From contig CAWCRS010000005.1 in NCBI GenBank assembly GCA_963798085.1, forward strand, positions 352,001 through 416,000: DNA of 64,000 bases, given 5' to 3'. The notes beneath the pieces were generated by a model. It made no database searches, was not told where the DNA came from, and saw only the letters and a program-made list of their open reading frames with translations. A program made the translations under genes and the position numbers. The stretch comes from an uncultured Gemmatimonadales bacterium (GTDB lineage: Bacteria > Gemmatimonadota > Gemmatimonadetes > Longimicrobiales > RSA9). Below are positions 55,776-64,000 of the stretch, piece after piece (position 1 is the first letter of the stretch; each line of letters begins with the position of its first letter).

Positions 55776-57150
55776 CGGAGGCCACCACTCCCCCGCCCCG
55801 CTGCAGCGAGCCGCTCAGGCCGATCACGTGGCTCCCGCCGCGGCCTTTCATTGCGTTGCGCGGATCCACGACCGGGCAGTCGGCCGCCGCAATCAGGTCG
55901 TAGTCGACGATGCTGTGGTTCGTGATGATCACGACGCAGTCGGTCTCGCCCAGGACTTCCCGTGTCAGGGGCGTGCTGTTTCGCTCCTCGCCCTCTTCGC
56001 GAATCTCCGCCACCAGCGGATCGTGATAACGCACCATTGCGCCCCTGGCCTCGAGCAGGCGCATCACGTCCAGCGCCGGGCTCTCCCGCAGATCATCCAC
56101 GTCGCGCTTGTACGCGACACCCACGATCAGGATGCGGCTGCCGTTCACCGGCTTGCGCTCCGTGTTCAGTGCATCCTGCACCTTGTCCACGACGTATCGC
56201 GGCATCTCGCTGTTGACTTCGCTGGCCAGGTCGATGAGCCGGGTCTTGTAATTGAGTGTTCGCATCTTCCACGCGAGATACAGCGGATCGAGCGGAATGC
56301 AGTGGCCACCAATGCCGGGGCCGGGCTCGAAGCGCATGAAGCCGAACGGCTTGCTGGCCGCCGCATCGATCACCTCGAACACATCCACACCCAGCCGGTC
56401 GGAGACCTGCGCCATTTCGTTCACCAGAGCGATGTTCACTGCGCGAAAGGTGTTCTCCAGCAGTTTCGCCAGCTCCGCCGCCTCGGTTGAAGATACCGTG
56501 ACGACCCGCTCCATGACCTGGCCGTAGAAGGCCGTACCCGCCTGTGTGCAGGCCGCCGTGATCCCGCCAATCACCTTGGGTGTGTTGCGCACCGCCCAGC
56601 GCGCATTGCCCGGATCCACGCGCTCCGGGCTGAAACAGAGGAAAAAGTCGCGACCCGCACGCAGGCCTGCGGCTTCCAGCCGCGGCTGCACCAGCTCGCG
56701 CGTCGTGCCCGGATACGTCGTGCTCTCCAAAATGATCAGCTGGCCCGGTCGCAACGCTGCCGCCACCGCCTCGGTGGCGGCCAGCACGTAGCTGACGTCC
56801 GGGTCGCGTGTCTTCGAGAGCGGCGTCGGCACGCATATGGAGACCGTATCGCACCCGCCCAGCTGCGCGGCATCGGTCGTGGCCCCGAGCCGGCCGGCGC
56901 GCACCAGCGGCGCCAGCACTGCGTCGGTGACATCGCCGATGTGCGAGCGGCCGGCATTCACATCATCGACCACGCGACTCGATACATCGTAACCTGTCAC
57001 CGCAAAACCCTGGCTCGCGATTTCCACCGCCAGCGGCAGGCCGACATAACCCAGTCCGATGACGCCGCAGCGCGCCTCCCGCCGCGCTATGCGCTGCAGC
57101 AGCGCGTCGAGCACAGCGCCATCCATGGCTTGCATCCCGACATTGTTCAT
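55768..57150 (-). CDS. UDP-N-acetylhexosamine dehydrogenase (WbpA/WecC family)
   Basis: IGLGYVGLPLA, ICVPTP, ESTTYPGTT, SPERVDPG, KLLENTFR, GGHCIP, AYK.DV.D.RESP. Confidence 0.9.
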   Translation of the reverse strand: MNNVGMQAMDGAVLDALLQRIARREARCGVIGLGYVGLPLAVEIASQGFAVTGYDVSSRVVDDVNAGRSHIGDVTDAVLAPLVRAGRLGATTDAAQLGGCDTVSICVPTPLSKTRDPDVSYVLAATEAVAAALRPGQLIILESTTYPGTTRELVQPRLEAAGLRAGRDFFLCFSPERVDPGNARWAVRNTPKVIGGITAACTQAGTAFYGQVMERVVTVSSTEAAELAKLLENTFRAVNIALVNEMAQVSDRLGVDVFEVIDAAASKPFGFMRFEPGPGIGGHCIPLDPLYLAWKMRTLNYKTRLIDLASEVNSEMPRYVVDKVQDALNTERKPVNGSRILIVGVAYKRDVDDLRESPALDVMRLLEARGAMVRYHDPLVAEIREEGEERNSTPLTREVLGETDCVVIITNHSIVDYDLIAAADCPVVDPRNAMKGRGGSHVIGLSGSLQRGGGVVASVA

Positions 57151-57184
57151 GGTGATCCCCAGGGCTCCCGGGTCAGCCTGGCGC

Positions 57185-58423
57185 TCAGGCTTCCGTGGTC
57201 AGCTCGGCCACAGCGCCAGCATCCTCGTGTGGACGTCCGCGTATCGGCGGGAACAGAACGCGCAGCACGGGCGGTGTGATCAGTGTGGTTACCATGACCA
57301 TCATGGTAATCGCGCTGAAGATGCCGGTATCGAGCGCTCCCGTGGCCAACCCCATCTGCGCGAAAATCAGCCCCACTTCGCCGCGCGGGATCATGCCCAC
57401 GCCGACTACCAGCTTGTTACCCCGCATCCAGAATGGCGCCAGACCGGCGAGCACCTTGCCCAGTATCGCCACCACGATCAGGGCGCCGCCCACCAGGGCA
57501 ATGCGCGGCTCCGCGAAGGATCGCACATCGACCGATGCACCCACCGACACGAAGAAGATGGGAACGAAGAACATGCCCAGGTGCAGCACGCCGTGTTCCA
57601 CGGTACGTGCGTGGCGCGTCGGCGCCAGCGTGAGTCCGGCCGCGAAGGCGCCAATGATCAGCGCCGACCCCGCTTCGAAGGCCAGGAAGCACACCGTGAA
57701 CGCCAGCGCGATGGCCATGCTGGCCAGCGTCTCTTCCCGCCCCAGACGGGCCAGCAGATCGAAGAGGCGAGGCACGAGCATGCGCCCGAGCACGACGGTG
57801 ATGGCCACGAAGCCGAAGGCGGACAGTGTGGTGGTTGCGATCCCGTGCGCGGTCAGCTGCGCGCCCTCCACCACCTGATCCACCACCGCAAGAATGACGA
57901 GTCCGATGATGTCGTCGATCACCGCCGCGCCCAGCACCACCTGGCTCTCCGGATCATGCAGACGGCCGAGATCCGAGAGAACGCGTGCCGTAATGCCCAC
58001 CAATGTGGCCGTTAGCGCCGCGCCTGCGACGACGGCGGGCAGCTGCGCGAGTCCCAGTGCGCGCGACACGAAATAGCCGCCTGTGAATGGCAGCAGCACA
58101 CCCACAATGGCCACGGTCGTGGAGGTGAGGCCCACACGCAGCAGGCGGCTCAGATCGGTTTCCAGCCCGATCTGGAACAGCAGGAGAATGACGCCGATCT
58201 CGGCTAACAGGTGGATCACGGGGTCGTGCGGATCCACCACGCCCAGCAGCGAGCTGCCCAGCAGCACGCCCGCCAGCAGCTCGCCCAGCACCGCGGGCTG
58301 CCCCACGCGCTCCGCCACTTCGCCCAGCAGTTTTGCCGAAACCAGTATGGCAATGAGCGCCAACAGCAGGTGCGGCACGGTGGTGTCCGCCGCTCGCGCG
58401 AGCAGCGTTGCGTCGCTCAGCAT
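57185..58423 (-). CDS. CPA2-family cation:proton antiporter
   Basis: P.VLGELLAG, LLFQIGLETD, GAAVIDDI, GAFAAGL, FVPIFFV, GMIPRGEVGL. Confidence 0.92.
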   Translation of the reverse strand: MLSDATLLARAADTTVPHLLLALIAILVSAKLLGEVAERVGQPAVLGELLAGVLLGSSLLGVVDPHDPVIHLLAEIGVILLLFQIGLETDLSRLLRVGLTSTTVAIVGVLLPFTGGYFVSRALGLAQLPAVVAGAALTATLVGITARVLSDLGRLHDPESQVVLGAAVIDDIIGLVILAVVDQVVEGAQLTAHGIATTTLSAFGFVAITVVLGRMLVPRLFDLLARLGREETLASMAIALAFTVCFLAFEAGSALIIGAFAAGLTLAPTRHARTVEHGVLHLGMFFVPIFFVSVGASVDVRSFAEPRIALVGGALIVVAILGKVLAGLAPFWMRGNKLVVGVGMIPRGEVGLIFAQMGLATGALDTGIFSAITMMVMVTTLITPPVLRVLFPPIRGRPHEDAGAVAELTTEA

Positions 58424-58495
58424 GATGCCGCTACGAGTCGCGACCGCGTCTGTCTTCGTGGCGCATGCGGATACGCACCCCCGTCGACCGGCCCG

Positions 58496-58531
58496 CTAAC
58501 AAACGAGCCCGGCACAATCGGGCCGGGCTCG
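58496..58531 (-). terminator. intrinsic terminator downstream of rpmB
   Basis: CGAGCCCGGC / GCCGGGCTCG 10-bp stem followed by TTTGTT on the minus strand. Confidence 0.7.
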
Positions 58532-58561
58532 ACGAGCACACTCCGTTCAACCATGGCCGCT

Positions 58562-58756
58562 TCAGCCGGCCTTGCGGATCTTCCCCGCGGACAGGCAACG
58601 CGTGCAGACGCGCACGTGGCGCCGCTCACCTTCCGCCGTAATGATGCGCACCCGCCGCAGGTTCGCTTCCCAGCGCCGCCGCGTACGGTTGTTCGCGTGG
58701 CTGACATTGTTGCCGAATGTCGTGCCCTTGTTGCAAACGTGACAGACGCGAGCCAT
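58562..58756 (-). CDS. rpmB: 50S ribosomal protein L28
   Basis: MARVCHVCNKG..FGNNVSHANNRTRRRW..NL...VCTRCL. Confidence 0.96.
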   Translation of the reverse strand: MARVCHVCNKGTTFGNNVSHANNRTRRRWEANLRRVRIITAEGERRHVRVCTRCLSAGKIRKAG

Positions 58757-58818
58757 CGCGATTCCTCCTTCGAAGCCGGCCTTCGCAATGCACAGGCCGG
58801 CTGACCCCTGCAATCCGG

Positions 58819-59301
58819 TTATGATCGGGCCGGGCGAATCTGCCGTGCCTCGATGAACGTCGTGCCGAATTCCATCTGCGCCCGCTGGCCCGCATCCTTG
58901 ATGGCGCCCGCCGTCTGCCATGCGTTCAGCACGGAATCCGTTTTCTCCAGCACCGTCCCCGTGATGTCCACCCGTGTCTGCACGGAGGGCGGCTTCGCGG
59001 CCAGCTCTGCCGACAGCTTCACGGGGAACGGCGTGCTGCGCGGGGGGAGCTCGACCCAGATGATGTCCGCGGACATCTGCTGCACCACGATCACGCCCTG
59101 CAGCTCGATCTCCTGCCCCCAGTAATGGTCGGTATTCTCCGAAAAATCCGCTGCCGCGACCGGCGTGGCTGCGGCCATCGGTGCGGCCTTCGCCGTGTCC
59201 GCCGACGCGCCTGCGCGATCGCCGGACCCACCGCAGGCCGCCAGCACCATCAGCAGCGTGCCCGACAGCACGCGCAGCCCCGCCGCAGTCTCGCGCATCA
59301 T
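58819..59301 (-). CDS. hypothetical lipoprotein
   Basis: LAAC lipobox, Ala-rich linker, compact beta-rich domain. Confidence 0.7.
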   Translation of the reverse strand: MMRETAAGLRVLSGTLLMVLAACGGSGDRAGASADTAKAAPMAAATPVAAADFSENTDHYWGQEIELQGVIVVQQMSADIIWVELPPRSTPFPVKLSAELAAKPPSVQTRVDITGTVLEKTDSVLNAWQTAGAIKDAGQRAQMEFGTTFIEARQIRPARS

Positions 59302-59313
59302 GACACCGAATCC

Positions 59314-59667
59314 CTAGTCAACCAGCTCGATGATGGCGATCTCCGCCGCATCGCCACTGCGATGCCCGAGGTGCAGCACGCGCGTGTAACCGCCCGGCCG
59401 CTCCACGTAGCGCGGGCCGATCTCCGCGAACAGCTTCGTCAGCGCTTCGGCGTCCGTGATCTTGCGCGCGACCAGACGGCGTGCGTGCAGATCGCCGCGC
59501 TTCGCCTTCGTGATCAGCGGCTCCGCATACTGCCGCAGCTCCTTCGCCTTTGCCGTCGTGGTCTGCACGCGGCCGTGCAGGAACAGCGAAGTCGCCATGT
59601 TCCGCAGCATCGCCTTCCGGTGCTCCGCCGTGCGGTTGAAATAGCGGCCCTTCTTGCGATGGTGCAT
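59314..59667 (-). CDS. rplQ: 50S ribosomal protein L17
   Basis: HRKAMLRNM, TTTAKAKELR, RPGGYTRV. Confidence 0.97.
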   Translation of the reverse strand: MHHRKKGRYFNRTAEHRKAMLRNMATSLFLHGRVQTTTAKAKELRQYAEPLITKAKRGDLHARRLVARKITDAEALTKLFAEIGPRYVERPGGYTRVLHLGHRSGDAAEIAIIELVD

Positions 59668-59668
59668 C

Positions 59669-60739
59669 TTATGATTCCTCTTCCGTCGTGCGCGGCACGC
59701 TCGCGCCGCCCGACCCGTCCGCGCCCTGCTCCTTCACCACGAACACTTCGCCATCCTCGCCTGCCTCCAGCTTCATGCCGAAGTGCAGATCGTGCTCCGA
59801 CAGGAACTGCCGGATTTCTTCCAGCGACTTGATGCCGAAGTTCTCGATGTTCAGCATCTGGTCTTCCGTGCGCTGCACCAGGTCGCCCAGGGTGATGATG
59901 TTCTCCTTCTTCAGCGAGTTGACAGAGCGCACGGACAGCTCGGCCAGCTCGTCGATCGGACGACGGAACAGGTCACGCATCTGCGCCGGCACCCGCACCG
60001 CGCCCGGCACCGGCGGCGCCGAGGCCGCGGGCTCCACGAAACGAAGCAGGTACGCCAGGTGCTTCCTCGCCAGCTCGGCCCCGTACGCCACGGCTGATTC
60101 CGGCGTGATGCTGCCGTTGGTCTCCACCAGCAGCGTCAGACGGTCGAAGTCCGTGCGCTGGCCGACGCGCGTCTCGTCCACCGTGAAATTCGCGCGCAGC
60201 ACCGGATTGTAGATTGCGTCCACCCGCACGAGGTCGACCGGTGCGTTCTTGGGCAGCGTGTGCGATTCCGCCGTCTTGAAGCCGCGACCCTTGTTCACGT
60301 ACAGCACCACGTTGATCTCGCGGTCATCCTGCAGCGTGAACAGGTGATGATCCTCGTTGAGCACACGCACCAGCGTGGAACGATCAATGGCGCGCGCCGA
60401 GACCGGGCCCGCCTTGGTCACGCGCAGCTCCAGCGTGGCCTCTTCCTTGGTCTCGTCCATCACCAGCACGAGGGTCTTCAGATTCTGAATGATCTGGTGC
60501 ACGTCCTCCACCACGCCCGCCACCGTCTGGTGTTCGTGCACCACGCCCTCCATGCGGAAGGCCCAGACTGCCGAACCCTGCAGCGAGGACAGCAGAATGC
60601 GACGCATGCTGTTGCCGAGCGTCTGGCCGAAACCGCGCTCCAGCGGCGCTACCACGAATTCCGCAGTGCGCCCGTCTTCCGTTTTCCGCACCGCTTCGAC
60701 GCGCTGCGGCAGTACCAACCCGGTCAGATCCAGCTCCAC
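59669..60739 (-). CDS. rpoA: RNA polymerase subunit alpha
   Basis: PLERGFGQTLGNSMRRILLSS, GVVEDV, RVGQRTDFDRL, ELSVRS.N.L, NFG.KSL.EI. Confidence 0.97.
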   Translation of the reverse strand: MELDLTGLVLPQRVEAVRKTEDGRTAEFVVAPLERGFGQTLGNSMRRILLSSLQGSAVWAFRMEGVVHEHQTVAGVVEDVHQIIQNLKTLVLVMDETKEEATLELRVTKAGPVSARAIDRSTLVRVLNEDHHLFTLQDDREINVVLYVNKGRGFKTAESHTLPKNAPVDLVRVDAIYNPVLRANFTVDETRVGQRTDFDRLTLLVETNGSITPESAVAYGAELARKHLAYLLRFVEPAASAPPVPGAVRVPAQMRDLFRRPIDELAELSVRSVNSLKKENIITLGDLVQRTEDQMLNIENFGIKSLEEIRQFLSEHDLHFGMKLEAGEDGEVFVVKEQGADGSGGASVPRTTEEES

Positions 60740-60877
60740 GTTTTCCCTCCCGGGGTTAAGGCCGGCGATGTATCCATCACCAGCACGATATCCGCCATCC
60801 GGTACGTACAACCAGCTGTTGGAAGCGTGGGCCACAAGGCACACCGCTTCCCGCGGGCATTCGCCCGCGGCTTCCTG

Positions 60878-61514
60878 CTACTTCGAGTACAATTCGACGA
60901 TCAGCTGCTCCTGGACCGGCAGCGGGATGTCCGCCCGCGTCGGCCGCTCCAGCATGCGACCCGCGCGCGACTGCTCATCCACCGCCAGCCAGCGCACCAT
61001 CATGGGCCGCGTCTTGCGACTCCAGCGACGCCTGCACGGGCACCAGGTCCTTCGAGTCCGGGTGGATCCGTATCTCGTCGCCCTGCCGCACCGCGTAACT
61101 GGGAATGTCCACACTGCGCCCGTTCACCTGCACATGACGGTGCCGCACCAGCTGTCTCGCCTGCTTGCGGCTGCTGGCAAAGCCCAGCCGGTACACCACA
61201 TTGTCCAGACGGGACTCCAGGCCGATCAGCAGATTCTCGCCGGTCACACCCGTCTGCTTCAGCGCCCGCTCGAACAGCCCTTTGAAGTAATGCTCCGACA
61301 CGCCGTAGATGCGCTTCACCTTCTGCTTCTCGCGCAGCTGCGTCGAGTATTCGGAAGGCTTGCGTCGCCTCGCCTGCGGTGGGCCATGCTGGCCGGGAGC
61401 GTAATTACGCCGCTCGACCGGGCACTTCTCCGTATAACACTTCATTCCCTTGAGGAAGAGCTTCTGCCCTTCGCGGCGACACAGCTTGCAGACCGGACCG
61501 GTGTACCTTGCCAT
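60878..61514 (-). CDS. rpsD: 30S ribosomal protein S4 (indel near 61010)
   Basis: [45 protein letters not shown]. Confidence 0.96.
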
Positions 61515-61636
61515 GCGGACCGTCTCTTCTCCTGCGATCGGTGGTTTGCTGCGGGCTTCCTCCCGCCCGGACGGCCTGGCGGTTTACACCCTGAACTCCT
61601 CGTCTCCTTCCCGCGCCCCAGCCGCGCGGCTTCGCT

Positions 61637-62037
61637 CTAGACCCGCCGCTTCTTCGGCGGCCGGCAGCCATTGTGCGGGATCGGCGTGACGTCGCGGATC
61701 GAGCGGATCTGAGGCCCGGCCGAATGCCAGCGCCTGAATCGCCGATTCACGACCACTGCCCGGACCCTGCACGCGCACGTGCACGCGCTTCATGCCGAGA
61801 TTGAACGCCTCCCGGCCCGCCTGTTCCGCCGCGACCGTGGCCGCGAAGGGCGTCGACTTCTTCGAACCCTTGAAGCCGGCCTTGCCCGCGCTCGCCCACG
61901 GATCACGTGGCCCTCCATGTCCGATATCGTGACCAGCGTGTTGTTGAAGGTCGCCTTGATGTGCGCGATGCCTTCCGCTTCGACATGCCTGCTTCGACCG
62001 CTTCGGCCGGGCTGCCGCCTTTCTTCGGATTCGCCAT
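61637..62037 (-). CDS. rpsK: 30S ribosomal protein S11 (several indels)
   Basis: [52 protein letters not shown] across frames. Confidence 0.93.
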
Positions 62038-62066
62038 TCGTTTGCCCTGTCTCCGGCATGCCCCGA

Positions 62067-62448
62067 TTACTTCTTCGGCGCCTTCTTCTTGCCCGCAATC
62101 GCGACCCGCTTGCCCTTCTGCGTGCGCGCATTCGTGTGCGTCCGCTGGCCTCGCACCGGCAGGCCGCGCCGATGCCGCAGCCCGCGATAGCAGCCGATGT
62201 CCATGAGCCGTTTCATGTTCATGGACGTCTCCGTACGCAGTGCGCCTTCCACCTTGTGCTGGTTCTCGATCACGCGGCGCAGCCGGTTCACTTCGTCGTC
62301 CGACAGATCGTGAACACGCCGTTCCGGATCGACGCCCGTCTGCTTCAGGATCCGCTGCGCCGTCGGAATCGCCGATCCCGAAAATGTAGGTGAGCGCGAT
62401 CTCGATCCGCTTGCTGCGTGGCAGATCAACGCCTGCGATACGCGCCAT
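62067..62448 (-). CDS. rpsM: 30S ribosomal protein S13 (indel near 62370)
   Basis: [42 protein letters not shown]. Confidence 0.96.
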
Positions 62449-62451
62449 GGG

Positions 62452-62568
62452 TTATCCCTGCCGCTGCTTGTGCCGCGGGTTCTTCTTGCAAATGATGCGG
62501 ACCACGCCCGCGCGTCGAATCACCCGGCAGTGTTCGCAGATCGGTTTCACGCTGCTTCGAACCTTCAT
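62452..62568 (-). CDS. rpmJ: 50S ribosomal protein L36 (not in the ORF track)
   Basis: Manual translation [45 protein letters not shown] upstream. Confidence 0.96.
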   Translation of the reverse strand: MKVRSSVKPICEHCRVIRRAGVVRIICKKNPRHKQRQG

Positions 62569-62596
62569 CAAACCTCCGGTTATTGAAGAGCTATAG

Positions 62597-62626
62597 AATA
62601 TACTGGCAGGGTTCGGATCCCATCAA
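62597..62626 (-). promoter_or_regulatory. alpha-operon promoter candidate upstream of rpmJ
   Basis: TTGATG-18 nt-TATATT in an AT-rich patch. Confidence 0.55.
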
Positions 62627-62746
62627 CCCGTAACCCCGCCACCGCCGCTCCTTCCAGCTTTTCTATCACAGAGCCGGCGACGATGGGTTGCCATGGTTCC
62701 CGTCCCACCGCTGCCGTCGCGGCAGCTGTGCCTTGCCGGAGGCCGG

Positions 62747-63508
62747 CTACGTCCGCGTCAGGATGCGCGGACCGGCCTCGGTGACGGCGACCGTGTGCTC
62801 GAAATGGCCGCTCCGCATGCGTCCGCGGTCACGACGGTCCAGCGGTCGCGGAGCGTCCGTACCGTGCGGCGCCCTGGTTGACCATGGGCTCGATGGCGAT
62901 GACGAGGCCGGCGAGGAGGCGCAGGCCCGTGCCCTTGCGGCCGTAGTTCGGCACCTGCGGCTCCTCGTGCGGATCGCGACCGACGCCGTGGCCGACCAGC
63001 TCGCGCACCACGCTCATGCCGGCCGCTCTCGGCGACGCTCTGGATGGCCGCAGCCAATGTCGCCAATGCGGTTGCCGGGCCGGGCCTGCTCGATGCCGGC
63101 CTCGAGCGAGCTCGCGCGTGACATCGAGCAGGTCGCGGTCGCGCGGCTCGATGACGCCGACCGGGTACGTGACGGCGCTGATCGCGCACACCAGCCGTCG
63201 AGCCTGCACACCGGCATCGACACTGATGATGTCGCCTTCGCGCGAGGACACGGCGGTTCGACGGGATCCCGTGCACGACTTCCTCGTTGATCGAGGTGCA
63301 GAGGGATGCCGGGAATCCGTACAGGCCCTTGAACGACGGGGACGGCGCCCTCGTGGGAGCGGATGAAGTCTTCGGCAAACCGGTCGAGGTCCGCGGTCGA
63401 GACGCCCGGGTTCGATGCGCGGACGCGATGGCGTCGAACAGGCCGCCCGAGGATGGCGCCGGCCGCGGCCGATGGCATCGATCTCAGGTCCGTTCGCAGC
63501 GGAATCAT
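62747..63508 (-). CDS. map: type I methionine aminopeptidase (many indels)
   Basis: [47 protein letters not shown] across frames. Confidence 0.92.
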
Positions 63509-64000
63509 CGGTCCAGGAGCCTGCGTCAGCGCTGCGTCTGCACTTCCTCGACCTGCGGTCGCCCGTCGATGTAGTGCACCGGGACACCGCAGCTGCTCGA
63601 AGGTCGTCGAGCGACGGGAGCGGTCTGCTCGCGGTAAACCTGAAGGCGACGGCGGACCGTCTCCTCGCGATCGTCGTCGCGCTGCAGCGAGCGGCATGCC
63701 GCAGCGTGTCGCAGGCGTCCCGCCTGCCGGCGGATCCGGAGTAGCGATTGAAGACCGCGCCGCAGTTCGGGCAGTACAGTCGCCCGCCGAGACCGGCGGA
63801 CGAGTCACATCGTCATCGACGTCGAGGACGAGCACGGCGTCAATGCGGCGTTGCCCAGTTCGCGCGGCCAGGCGTCGAGCGCCTCGGCCTGCGCGCTGGT
63901 GCGCGGGAAGCCGTCGAAGATGAGTCCACCGCCGTTCTGCTGAGCCTGCATGACCTCCCGGACCATCCCAGGATCACGGTATCCGGAACCAGCTCGCCGG
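63505..64000 (-). CDS. adk: adenylate kinase, 5'-truncated by window edge, many indels
   Basis: GELVPD.VI, LIFDGFPRT..QAEALD, LID cysteines, position upstream of map. Confidence 0.85.

Overview
High-GC (roughly two-thirds G+C) bacterial core-chromosome segment. Gene content and order suggest Gemmatimonadota or a related FCB-group lineage, which is an inference. About 64 protein genes are present, nearly all on the minus strand. They include the end of the spc/alpha ribosomal cluster (adk-map-rpmJ-rpsM-rpsK-rpsD-rpoA-rplQ, then rpmB), nucleotide-sugar genes, bamD-nadD-secA-radC-rel-uvrB-tsaE-tsaB-rimI, a LysM gene, tolQRAB-pal-cpoB-nrdR-tatC-lptD-hutH-hutI-ftcD, TPR scaffolds, ppiD, aroQ-accB-accC-comB-ftsK-lolA-rimO-spoIID, rpmE-prfA-prmC-ylbF, an inositol-phosphate/CDP-alcohol transferase pair and tmk. 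Many essential genes are split by single-base indels, most plausibly sequencing or assembly error. I found no tRNA, rRNA, CRISPR array, prophage or transposase. The most unexplained signals are: (i) a dispersed YGTTAG/CTAACR motif that accounts for almost all TTAG/CTAA words and is kept even at the cost of rare codons; (ii) a lipid-anchored, linker-tethered LolA; (iii) a Myxococcus-like set of TPR/LysM scaffolds; (iv) structured non-coding RNA candidates in the 600-bp rimI-LysM gap. All calls come from reading motifs by eye; no database searches were run.
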